From an uncultured delta proteobacterium (GTDB taxonomy: Bacteria; Desulfobacterota; Binatia; UBA9968), in assembly GCA_963745035.1 (NCBI GenBank), contig CAVUVW010000015.1:1-64000 (forward strand): 64,000 nt of DNA, read 5' to 3'. Shown here one piece after another: positions 9,632-18,663 of the stretch. The notes below the pieces were generated by a model. The model had not been told where the DNA came from. It searched no databases and saw only the letters and a list, made by a program, of their open reading frames with translations. Position numbers and translations under genes: made by a program. How positions within the stretch are numbered: position 1 is the first letter of the stretch; each line of letters begins with the position of its first letter.

Positions 9632-11005
9632 ATGAAAGCACAGCATACGGAGAAAACTGTAGGCGACCTCTTAAAGCTCAAGAAAGCTAACATGCTATAT
9701 CCAAATCCTGAATATCAAAGGAGCGCGGTATGGAGCGTTGCACAGAAGAAACGTTTAGTCGATTCCGTACTGCGCGGATACCCAATTCCGCTCATCTATC
9801 TGCATCACATCTCTAAGGAAGTCGCCGAATACAGGCGGGAGGACTTTGAAGTCATTGATGGGCAACAGCGTATTAATGCTTTGAATGACTATAGAGAAGG
9901 TAATTTCAAAGTGTTTGACCCCGTCGAAGATGCTGAAGAGGCCCAATTCCCAAGTTTCATTCAAACGCAGCCATGCCCGTGGGGAGGTAAACGGTTTAAT
10001 GAGCTTCCCCAAACCCTCAAAGATCAACTTCTCGGAACAGTGCTCGCCATCGTGTTACTGGAAACGGATCTTTCCAATGAGGCTCGCGACCTATTCATTC
10101 GACTTCAAGCCGGTATGCCTCTTAACTCGCAAGAAAATAGGGATGCCTGGCCCGGCAGTTTCACCGAATATATCCTAAACATTGCAGGGAAGCCGGAAAT
10201 TCCGCGATATCCCGGTCATGACTTCTTTACGAAGGTCATGAAAGCAAAGCAAAGGAACCGTGGTGAGTACCGGCAGCTGACTGCTCAGATGGTAATTCTG
10301 TATGAAAGTCGAAAAAAGACAGGAAAACTCTCAGACGTTAACCGCGAGTCTATTGATTCCTTCTATTACAAAAATCTAGATTTCGACCCAAATTCGTCCG
10401 ACGCAAAGCGATTTAGTGAAATTCTCGATAAACTCAACCGGCTACTATATGACGGAAAGCGAAAAAAAGTGATCGGTCATGAGGCGATGAGTTTAGTTCT
10501 CCTGCTTGATTCGTTACTGGATGATTACACACGATCATGGGAGGACAGGTTCGCAGGCGCATTTGATATGTTCAAGAAAAAACTGGCCGAAGCGACGCGA
10601 TCGCGGTTTGTCGACCCAACATCCGAATATTGGGCACGATACGGCCAATGGACACGAACAAACAGTGATAGGGGAGCCACTATTGAGCAACGTCATCAAT
10701 TTTTCTCGGAAAAAATGCACGAAATAATTACTCCCCAATTGAAGGACTCTAACCGCAATTTCGGTCTATTGGAGCGCGAAATCATTTACTACCGTGACAA
10801 GAAGCAGTGCCAAGCGCCTGGATGTGATGGGGAGGTCCTATGGAGCGAAGCCGAAATTCATCACGTTGAGCAGCATGCAGATGGTGGCCGGACTGTATTG
10901 AATAACGGTGCTCTAGTTCACAAGAGCTGTCATCCAAGAGGTCAGAAGGATGTTGCTGCTTTCGCGGAAAATTGGAGAAAACGAGATCACCGCGTAAAAG
11001 CATGA
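9632..11005 (+). CDS. DUF262 (ParB/Srx-like) + HNH endonuclease, GmrSD-like type IV restriction/defence protein
   Basis: N-terminal PEYQR..VW, LVDS..GYPIP, VIDGQQR and LFIRLQ; C-terminal CQAPGC...IHHVEQHADGGRTVLNNGALVHKSCH HNH motif; GGAGGA RBS. Confidence 0.88.
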   Translation: MKAQHTEKTVGDLLKLKKANMLYPNPEYQRSAVWSVAQKKRLVDSVLRGYPIPLIYLHHISKEVAEYRREDFEVIDGQQRINALNDYREGNFKVFDPVEDAEEAQFPSFIQTQPCPWGGKRFNELPQTLKDQLLGTVLAIVLLETDLSNEARDLFIRLQAGMPLNSQENRDAWPGSFTEYILNIAGKPEIPRYPGHDFFTKVMKAKQRNRGEYRQLTAQMVILYESRKKTGKLSDVNRESIDSFYYKNLDFDPNSSDAKRFSEILDKLNRLLYDGKRKKVIGHEAMSLVLLLDSLLDDYTRSWEDRFAGAFDMFKKKLAEATRSRFVDPTSEYWARYGQWTRTNSDRGATIEQRHQFFSEKMHEIITPQLKDSNRNFGLLEREIIYYRDKKQCQAPGCDGEVLWSEAEIHHVEQHADGGRTVLNNGALVHKSCHPRGQKDVAAFAENWRKRDHRVKA

Positions 11006-12127
11006 GAGTGAGCTTTCTAAAAGCCAATTTAATACCCAAAGAAATGCAGCCTAGAGAATCAACTTCGTGGCGCATAGGGTACCGACTTTCGGCGCTTTTA
11101 TTGTTCGGTTTTTGAGCTGTGCCACCAACGATAGACTGTTAGATAGTCGTTAAGTTTGGCTTAAAGCGGACTCGGATCAGCTTGTACAACCTTCTTTCGG
11201 TGCTTATGATTTGGCTGCCCGTCTGTAATACAACCTACGGGGTAGTATGGAGATTCCAGTTCTCGGTCTAGTGTTATGGCGAAGTCTTCCAGAACCAACC
11301 GGATGTCCAATACACTTCCAGGGCGCCCGAGATACCCCGATGACAGCCGGTGGTGCGCTGGATGACGTATCTAATGCTCTGTCGCAACTATGTAATTTTA
11401 AATTGCTTTTGAACCACTGTGCGTCAGATGTCCGCGTCCAAGATGCACAACAAAAGGCCCGTCTTCGCCTTGGCAATATCGTGCTCCCTACCCCCCGGTT
11501 CAAAAGCCCCAAGAATGATTCACTAGTTCGGAGAAACTTAGGCGTGAGACGGAATTGCTTGTACAAGTGCTCGATGAGCGATTGTCTAGTTCTCGCCGAT
11601 TATTTTCAATCGTTCGGCCGTTGGACGATTTCACGAAACAGGTCGTTGAGGCCTGCGCAAATGATCACCCGGGGACCCAGCGCCACAGGATTAACTATCA
11701 CTGACTGGTTCAAGTTCGGCTGGAAAGATCGCTTTAAGGCTAAAGTTGGCGCGATCCTTGCCGGAACCTCTGTCCTAAATGAAATGAGTCCTGCTATGGG
11801 CTTGTTTGCAGAGCTTATTCGTACCATGGCGCGCGGTAGTTATATTTGGACTTGAGGAAGGTTTGGATCTCTTTGTAGTGAGCTTGTTGTCTTTCAAAAG
11901 CTCTTGAACATCAGAGGGATCGCCTAAATAGCAATCAAAGAGTAAGAAGTTTTTGCTACTTAGAGAAAGAAACCTTGGAGGTAGAAATTTCGGCGCCCAC
12001 GTCATGACTTTGCAATTTGGACACTCTAACCAATGAAAGCACTCGTCGAACCATCTTTTTAAAGCACCCAAAGTTATCGTCTCACCTCGTACTCCCCAAT
12101 ATTTGGACACGGGAGTGCTCGCTCACA

Positions 12128-12290
12128 ATGTATGCCCTGAACCGGGAACTTGACGCACTTGAAAATCCCGATTCCACTAGTCGTCTCCAGCGCAACATTG
12201 AAATAGTGGCTGGCCAGATAAATAACCTGGTATACAAAATTTATGAGTTAAACGAGGACGAGGTCAAGATCGTTGCAAATTCAGAGCGTG
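12128..12290 (+). pseudogene. C-terminal remnant of type IIG / Eco57I-TaqI-like restriction-modification protein
   Basis: MYALNRELDALENPDSTSRLQRNIEIVAGQINNLVYKIYELNEDEVKIV matches the typical tail LQRQI...QIDxLVYxLYxLTxEEIKIV; no upstream intact ORF. Confidence 0.6.
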
Positions 12291-12581
12291 AGCGATTGAA
12301 ATTCGAACCAGAGGTGAGCCTATCAGCCGGTCAAGAGTTCACGAGTACTGAAAGCCCAACCGCTTTACCTAACTTTTGTTCCCGAACGTTACGATGCAAG
12401 ACGTGGGGGCAGCCCGATGTACCAAATTCGGGCTGTTCCTGGATGGCCTGACGATCTAAGACTTAGCGATAGCTTACGACGTCGTACTATCAACTAAGTC
12501 TATCTTTTTACGATTTAGAGATGCGTGATAACGACATACAATCACTTACTCCGAAACAACCCCGCTAGCAATCTAATATTA

Positions 12582-12627
12582 CAACCTACATCTCAACCTA
12601 CACTCTCAACCTACCGTTTAACCATAC
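12582..12627 (+). repeat. Iteron-like direct repeats CAACCTAC x3 (+1 degenerate)
   Basis: CAACCTAC at 12582, 12594 and 12607; TAACCATAC at 12619; AT-rich context. Confidence 0.7.
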
Positions 12628-13148
12628 GACTTTGTTAAAAAAAATTTGGTCGCGAAGACGAATATCTATTGATTTGTCTCTCGCCGTGCCGTACCATAAA
12701 AATGGACCGAGGCGGACTGGGGCAACTTACAGCGTCCTTTAAGATGCAGCTTTACGATTTGTGCTTCCTTAATCTTCACTAGCAGCAACGGTTATTGACC
12801 TATGATTGCTTAGAAGAAAGACGGAAACCATCATCTGAATAAGCAAATAGAGTCTTAGTAAGTTCTTGTAAGCACCAGAATCAATACGCAGCGAAGTCCG
12901 GTTTGTAGGCCCGGTAAAATTACAATCGTGAGGTGATCACTCAGAAAACAAGAAATACCTTGGTAGAACGAAATTAGTACATTTCCTACCTGTTCGACAG
13001 ACTTACAACAGCCAAACCCGCTGTTTACTTGCCGCTCTAGGAAATCTAAGTAACTTAATTGGGCTAGCTCCTTGAACAAACGGAGATTTACTCCGCGATG
13101 ATGAATTGCTGCGCCCAGGTCAACTGATGCGAAAGGAATCACGATAAT

Positions 13149-13769
13149 ATGGCGGACGAGAAAAAACCGAAGAAGGACAGCAACGATATGGAAGACGAAA
13201 AACAGCAACAACAAAACAGTAATGACGCATGGAGCTTAGATGATATTCGGTTAAAACAAAACTTTGATGAAATAGTTGCCGGTACGGACATTCTTGCCTT
13301 AGTTGAAGTTTGCAAGCCAGGATCTCAGGAATGGTTCCGGGTTCATCCAGATGAAAAGTACCGATTTCAGACGGTAGTTCTCTCGCTGAAGAGCGACAAT
13401 CACTATTATCTTGTAGATCCCGTACTTCATGCGGAGCTTGCAGATGATATTCAGCCAGTAATTCTGTTTATGGCCATAACTACACAGGAAAGACTTTTTA
13501 TCTGGCCTGTAAGGCTACCTAAAGACGGTGTAGCAGATAAATTCATTCAGACTGATTTAGTCGCGGCGAGGACCGCAGAAACTCAATGGACACGTAGGTA
13601 TTGGGTACCCACACTCAAAATGCACCGGATCAGAGCTTGGGAGTCATTAGAAAATAAGCCTCGATGGCCTGAGCGTACCTTCGAGGAGATTATCAAGATC
13701 GCTTTTAAGGATAGGTACATCAGAACTTTAGAGCATCCGATCGTAAAAGCCTTGCGAGGTGATAACTAG
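13149..13769 (+). CDS. Hypothetical protein (206 aa) translationally coupled to DNA polymerase
   Basis: Intact ORF whose TAG (13767..13769) abuts the polymerase ATG; aromatic/basic motifs KPGSQEWFRVHPD, LFIWPVRLP and PRWPE. Confidence 0.85.
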   Translation: MADEKKPKKDSNDMEDEKQQQQNSNDAWSLDDIRLKQNFDEIVAGTDILALVEVCKPGSQEWFRVHPDEKYRFQTVVLSLKSDNHYYLVDPVLHAELADDIQPVILFMAITTQERLFIWPVRLPKDGVADKFIQTDLVAARTAETQWTRRYWVPTLKMHRIRAWESLENKPRWPERTFEEIIKIAFKDRYIRTLEHPIVKALRGDN

Positions 13770-15527
13770 ATGAAGCGGGACTTGGACGACTTCGATGAAA
13801 TATGGTTTGGAGATTTTGAATTTAGGGCACTGGCCGGAGACTGTCCAAGTCCCATCACTTTTTTTGCTAAGGAGTTAAAGAGCGGCCGATGTATTGATTG
13901 TTGGTTAGATGGTTCAAGGAACCCGGAACCACCTTTTACCCTAGGCTCAACCAAGCTTTTTGTCTCCTATTACGCGAGTGCAGAAGTGGGCTGTTTTGAG
14001 GTTTTGCATTGGCCATTGCCCGTAAATGTTTTGGATCTTTTCATCGAATTCCGAGCCCGGACGAACGCACTGAACTTCAATACGAAAGCTAACATACTGC
14101 ACGCTCTCATGTATTTTGGCATTGATGCAGTTGATAGCGTAGTTAAAGATTCCATGCGCCAATTGGCAATTCGGGGCGGACCATGGACGGGTGAAGAAGT
14201 GCGGGCTTTAAGAAATTATTGTCGGAGCGATGTTATCGCGCTGGAGCGGTTATATGAGGTGATGAAAGATTCAATCGATTTACCCCGTGCAATGCACCGG
14301 GGTAGGTTTATGAAGGCTGCCGCAAAGATCGAAATTAATGGTGTCCCGATAAATGTGCCGGTTTTGAGTGAACTGCGAAAGTATTGGTCAGGGATTCAGA
14401 CGCGCCTAATCACTAAAATCGATGCGGAAACCAACATTTACGATGGCACCATCTTCAAAGTGAACCGCTGGGATGCGTGGACGAGGGCTCAAGGTATTGC
14501 TTGGCCGAGACTTCCTTCAGGTAAACTCAGCCTGGACAGCGAAACTTTTGAACGGATGTCGATACTTTATCCGCAAGTACAACCAATACGTGCATTACGA
14601 GAGACGATATCGAAATTGAAATTGGAAGACTTAACTGTAGGCCGGGATGGACGAAATAGATTTATTTTATCAGCTTTTCGCTCCAAAACCGGCCGGAATC
14701 AACCAAGCAATTCTCAATGTATTTTTGGCCCAGCAGTCTGGCTGCGCAGTCTGATCAAACCGGAGCCCGGGTACGGCATAGCTTACATCGATTGGAATCA
14801 ACAAGAGTTTGGTATTGCCGCCAAATTGAGTGGAGATTTAATTATGCAGGAGGCTTACGCGACTGGCGATCCATATCTAGCCTTTGCACGACAAGCCGGT
14901 GCAGTTCCGTCTGGGGCGACTAAGCAGAGTCATCGAGCCATTCGAGAGGTATACAAACAGTGTGTTCTGGCGGTTCAGTACGGCATGGGTTCGGCTAGTC
15001 TCGCCCAACGCATAGGGAAGTCAGAGGATGAAGCAAAGCTTTTGCTGGAACATCACCGTAGAGTATTCTGCAAGTTTTGGCAGTGGTCAGATGCAACTGT
15101 CGAATATGCGATGGCTCACAACGAACTCTATACTGTTTTTGGATGGCCCATCCATATCACTAGCTCTGATATCAATCATCGCTCCCTTAGAAATTTTTTG
15201 ATGCAAGCAAATGGAGCAGAAATGCTCCGCCTGGCCTGCTGCTTAGCAACCGAGCGGGGCATAAAAATCTGTGCTCCCGTTCATGACGCGATATTGATTG
15301 AAGCACCACTGGAAGCGATTGAGGATGTAGTCGATGAGACACGGGACGTTATGGAGGAAGCTAGTTCAATTATTCTGGAGAAATTTAAACTCCGTTCCGA
15401 CGCTAAGCTATTTCGGTACCCAGATCATTATCATGACGAGCGTGGTGAACAAATGTGGGGAACCGTACTAGAAATATTAGAAGAGTTCGGCTGCCTTAAC
15501 AGTGAGCAAGCCGCTACCCATGTCTGA
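13770..15527 (+). CDS. Family A DNA polymerase (3'-5' exonuclease + polymerase, no 5'-3' nuclease), mobile-element type
   Basis: ExoI GDFEF, ExoIII YCRSD, TGRNQPS, motif A IDWNQQEF, motif B REVYKQCVLAVQYG, NFLMQANGAE, motif C PVHDA. Confidence 0.93.
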   Translation: MKRDLDDFDEIWFGDFEFRALAGDCPSPITFFAKELKSGRCIDCWLDGSRNPEPPFTLGSTKLFVSYYASAEVGCFEVLHWPLPVNVLDLFIEFRARTNALNFNTKANILHALMYFGIDAVDSVVKDSMRQLAIRGGPWTGEEVRALRNYCRSDVIALERLYEVMKDSIDLPRAMHRGRFMKAAAKIEINGVPINVPVLSELRKYWSGIQTRLITKIDAETNIYDGTIFKVNRWDAWTRAQGIAWPRLPSGKLSLDSETFERMSILYPQVQPIRALRETISKLKLEDLTVGRDGRNRFILSAFRSKTGRNQPSNSQCIFGPAVWLRSLIKPEPGYGIAYIDWNQQEFGIAAKLSGDLIMQEAYATGDPYLAFARQAGAVPSGATKQSHRAIREVYKQCVLAVQYGMGSASLAQRIGKSEDEAKLLLEHHRRVFCKFWQWSDATVEYAMAHNELYTVFGWPIHITSSDINHRSLRNFLMQANGAEMLRLACCLATERGIKICAPVHDAILIEAPLEAIEDVVDETRDVMEEASSIILEKFKLRSDAKLFRYPDHYHDERGEQMWGTVLEILEEFGCLNSEQAATHV

Positions 15528-15621
15528 GGCAAGAATAACTCGTGAGTGAGGAACAGGATATATTACTATAAAGGTTATTAAGGAAATTACTAAATATATA
15601 GATAGGAGATATAAAAATCGA

Positions 15622-16011
15622 TTGAACATCAATGAAACACAAATAAACCTTAACCAGGATGCTATAGATGCTGCTATCAAACATTTTAATGTAGATGAAA
15701 AGCTGCGAATAGCTAAGCCAAAGCGGAAATACGTCAGAACAATTCCACTCTCTTGGATTTGCCAAGCATCCCGATTGAAAGGAAAAGCGCTCCATCTCGG
15801 AATCATGCTCTGGTATTTAGCGGGTGTTAGCAAAAATGCCGAGGTTAAAGTTAATCGCAAAATGTTAGATGAATTTGGAATCCATCGTGAGACCGCGAGA
15901 AGGGCCTTATTGCAATTGGAAACATTCGATCTCGTAAAAGTTAAGCGCGATCGTTTGAAACGCCCCCAAATCATTATTGTTGACGATTCCGGCATGGTAC
16001 CCCGGGCGTAG
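15622..16011 (+). CDS. Winged-helix DNA-binding protein (possible replication initiator/regulator)
   Basis: LDEFGIHRETARRALLQLETFDLVKV HTH-wing pattern; AGGAGA upstream; TTG start uncertain. Confidence 0.7.
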   Translation: MNINETQINLNQDAIDAAIKHFNVDEKLRIAKPKRKYVRTIPLSWICQASRLKGKALHLGIMLWYLAGVSKNAEVKVNRKMLDEFGIHRETARRALLQLETFDLVKVKRDRLKRPQIIIVDDSGMVPRA

Positions 16012-16084
16012 TTCATGAAAGTTCAATTCCCGACGTTGTGAGTGCTTTAAGCCGGGTCAGGAAGGAGATGATTGAGAAACAACG

Positions 16085-16351
16085 ATGAACAGCGAAAACT
16101 TGTCATTAAACGAGATTTTGAGGGCAATTTTTGAGCCCATTATCCATGATGCACTAGCTAATCATCATAGGAGTCAAGATGAAGACCGGCTCCTAGACGC
16201 TGAAGAAGCCGCCAAGCTCCTGTGCGTCTCAGAAGACTGGCTGTATCGAAACAGTAAAAAGTTGCCTTTTACCCGGAAGCTTGGCCCCAAGATGCTCCGG
16301 TTTTCGTATCAGGGCATTCGGAAATTCTTACAAACCCGGAAGACTATTTGA
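16085..16351 (+). CDS. Excisionase/AlpA-like HTH_17 protein
   Basis: RLLDAEEAAKLLCVSEDWLYR...LPFTRKLGPKMLRF. Confidence 0.85.
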   Translation: MNSENLSLNEILRAIFEPIIHDALANHHRSQDEDRLLDAEEAAKLLCVSEDWLYRNSKKLPFTRKLGPKMLRFSYQGIRKFLQTRKTI

Positions 16352-16376
16352 CTAATATATGTCATTATAATAATGT
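16348..16376 (+). promoter_or_regulatory. Putative promoter of RHH-integrase operon with TGAC-N8-GTCA inverted repeat
   Basis: TTGACT(16348)-17 bp-TAATGT(16371); TGAC taatatat GTCA 16349..16364; ATG at 16384 without SD. Confidence 0.5.
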
Positions 16377-16383
16377 CCTCCCC

Positions 16384-16566
16384 ATGCCCAAAATTTATCG
16401 AAAGGAGGGTACCCCTAGGAAAACGATGATCTACCTGGGGGAAGCAACATTCGAACGGCTAAGAAAATTGGCGTTCGATCAACGAATAAGTATGGCGGAA
16501 ATCATCCGGCGGGCACTGGATGATTACCTAGAAAAGTTTTCAAAAAAGGGAGGAATAAAAAAATGA
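16384..16566 (+). CDS. Ribbon-helix-helix (CopG-like) regulator
   Basis: RKTMIYLGEATFERLRKLAFDQRISMAEIIRRALDDYL; the stop overlaps the integrase ATG (ATGA). Confidence 0.85.
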   Translation: MPKIYRKEGTPRKTMIYLGEATFERLRKLAFDQRISMAEIIRRALDDYLEKFSKKGGIKK

Positions 16567-17630
16567 GAGGCTTAGGCCGAGTTTTTAAACGCGGCTCAAT
16601 TTGGTGGATTGGCTATTACCATAGGGGAAAGGAATACCGTGAGTCGTCAGAGTCTAATCGTGAATCAGATGCCAAAAAGCTGTTGAAGAAACGCTTAGGT
16701 GAAATCGGTTCCGGGAAACTGCTGGGTCCAGTTCAAGAACGAGTTACATTTGAGGAGTTGTGTGAAGACCTTAAGAGCGATTATTTTGTGAACAAACGTA
16801 AAGCAACAAAAATTATTGAATATCCTATAAAGCATTTGATCAGCTCCTTTAGCCTATACAAAGCAGTTGATATCACGACCGAAAAAATAAATGCACATAT
16901 TGCACGGCGGCAGCAACAAGGTGCAAAGAACGCGACAATTAACCGAGAACTGGCAGCGCTGAAGCGGATGTTTTCGCTAGCAATCCAGGCCGGAAAGTTT
17001 TCATCGAAGCCTCATATACCGACGTTGGAAGAAAATAATGCCCGGCAAGGGTTCCTGGACCACGGAAACTTTCTTGCTTTGAGGGGAAATCTGTCCGACT
17101 ATCTACAAGATCCCGTGACATTTCTGTATTTGTCTGGATGGCGAGTGAGCGAAATGAGAGCCTTAGAATGGCGAGACGTTGACGTAGCCGGGAAAGTCAT
17201 AAGACTCCGGCCGGAGGTCAGCAAGAATAAGGACGGACGGTTACTGCCGATCAAAGGCGAACTATTAGACATCATCGAACGGGCAAAGCAGAACCGACTT
17301 CTCACTTGCCCTAACGTTTTTCACAATGCTGGGCAGCCTATAGGCAGCTTCAGAAAAGCTTGGAAATCAGCGTGTAAAGCGGCCGGGCTCGGACAACTAA
17401 TAGTTCACGATCTACGACGAAGCGCCGTCAGAAATATGGTCAGAGCGGGTATTCCCGAACGAGTGGCAATGAGCCTAAGCGGTCATAAGACCCGCGCAGT
17501 ATTTGATCGGTATAATATCGTCAGTGAGGCGGATTTGGCGAAAGCAGCGGAGCGGTTACAATCACACCTTGAGGAGCAACCTAGAGAGCCGTCCGTTGTG
17601 CGGATTGACTCATCGAGAGCGGTAGCATAA
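16563..17630 (+). CDS. Tyrosine recombinase / phage-type integrase
   Basis: Catalytic residues: SGWRVSE (R), SKNK (K), HDLRR (H-x-x-R), SGHKT (H), DRYN (Y); N-terminal arm-binding-like domain. Confidence 0.95.
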   Translation: MRGLGRVFKRGSIWWIGYYHRGKEYRESSESNRESDAKKLLKKRLGEIGSGKLLGPVQERVTFEELCEDLKSDYFVNKRKATKIIEYPIKHLISSFSLYKAVDITTEKINAHIARRQQQGAKNATINRELAALKRMFSLAIQAGKFSSKPHIPTLEENNARQGFLDHGNFLALRGNLSDYLQDPVTFLYLSGWRVSEMRALEWRDVDVAGKVIRLRPEVSKNKDGRLLPIKGELLDIIERAKQNRLLTCPNVFHNAGQPIGSFRKAWKSACKAAGLGQLIVHDLRRSAVRNMVRAGIPERVAMSLSGHKTRAVFDRYNIVSEADLAKAAERLQSHLEEQPREPSVVRIDSSRAVA

Positions 17631-17635
17631 TGGAA

Positions 17636-17654
17636 CACGGACAAATCACGGACA
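17636..17654 (+). repeat. Tandem CACGGACA repeats, candidate integrase arm-type sites
   Basis: CACGGACA at 17636 and 17647 (11-bp period), between the integrase stop and the tRNA 3' end. Confidence 0.6.
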
Positions 17655-17703
17655 GTCTAGCTTTCCTCTCTCCTAGGTCCCTCCTCTAAGGTGTTGATTT
17701 AAA

Positions 17704-17779
<76 letters not shown>

Positions 17780-17781
17780 GC

Positions 17782-18645
17782 TTAAGTCGAAGTTGATTTT
17801 AGATACTCCATCACCTTATCTTTTAAGTCCGGCCTTTTCAACGCGAAGGCAACCGTAGCGCGAACGAATCCGAACTTGTCGCCGATGTCGTATCGATCGC
17901 CGAGAAATTCACAGCCATACATCTTGCGCTCGCGCACAAGCTGCGCCAAACCGTCGGTCAATTGAATCTCCCCGCCTTTGCCGGGCGGAAGATTTTGCAG
18001 GATCGAAAAAATCTCCGGCCTCAGCACGTAGCGGCCAATGATCGCCATTCTCGACGGCGCCTCGGACGCCGGCGGTTTTTCCACGGTCGCTTCCACCTGA
18101 TACAGCCGGTCTTTGAGAACCGTGCCCTTGATCACGCCATACTGATGGACCTCGGATTGCGACACTTCCATCAACGCCACCACCGACTCGTCGGTCTCCT
18201 GGAAGATTTCCAAGAGCTGACGGATGCATGGAGTGTCGCTGTCAATCAGGTCGTCGGCGAGCATCACGGCAAAAGGCTCATCGCCGACGAGATCGCGCGC
18301 GCAGAGAACCGCATGGCCCAAGCCGAGAGGTTTTTTCTGGCGCACCGAGACAACCTCCGTCATCTCGGCAATGCGCCGGAGCATCTTGACCATCTCCGCC
18401 TGGCCGCGATCCGCAAGCACCTGCTCCAGTTCCGGCGCATCGTCGAAGTGGTCTTCGATGCCGTCCTTGCCGCGCCCGGTGACGAATATAATTTCTTCAA
18501 TGCCGGCGTCCACCGCCTCCTGCACGACATACTGGATCGAAGGGATGTCGACGATCGGCAAGAGCTCTTTGGGAACCGTCTTTGTGGCGGGCAAGAATCG
18601 CGTCCCGAGGCCCGCTACCGGAATGACCGCTTTTCTTACTTTCAT
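17782..18645 (-). CDS. galU: UTP--glucose-1-phosphate uridylyltransferase
   Basis: KAVIPVAGLGTRFLPATK..PKE, LGLGHA, VEKP, GGEIQLTD. Confidence 0.96.
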   Translation of the reverse strand: MKVRKAVIPVAGLGTRFLPATKTVPKELLPIVDIPSIQYVVQEAVDAGIEEIIFVTGRGKDGIEDHFDDAPELEQVLADRGQAEMVKMLRRIAEMTEVVSVRQKKPLGLGHAVLCARDLVGDEPFAVMLADDLIDSDTPCIRQLLEIFQETDESVVALMEVSQSEVHQYGVIKGTVLKDRLYQVEATVEKPPASEAPSRMAIIGRYVLRPEIFSILQNLPPGKGGEIQLTDGLAQLVRERKMYGCEFLGDRYDIGDKFGFVRATVAFALKRPDLKDKVMEYLKSTST

Positions 18646-18663
18646 AGAATCTTTCGGTTGGAG

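Larger units (their letters stand above)
9060..17703 (+). mobile_element. Integrative element / genomic island at tRNA-Ala 3' end encoding a family A DNA polymerase (left boundary uncertain)
   Basis: Visibly AT-richer than the flanks. The tyrosine integrase ends 73 bp from the tRNA CCA end. Xis-like, RHH, XRE and defence cargo genes are present. Confidence 0.8.

Noticed and set aside
11204-12110. ORFs 11247..11855, 11204..11566, 11606..11827 and 11775..12110 as real genes
   Set aside because: They overlap on both strands, have no RBS or recognisable motifs, and show atypical composition; treated as decayed DNA.
13149-17630. Complete prophage
   Set aside because: No terminase, capsid, tail or lysis genes are in the window.
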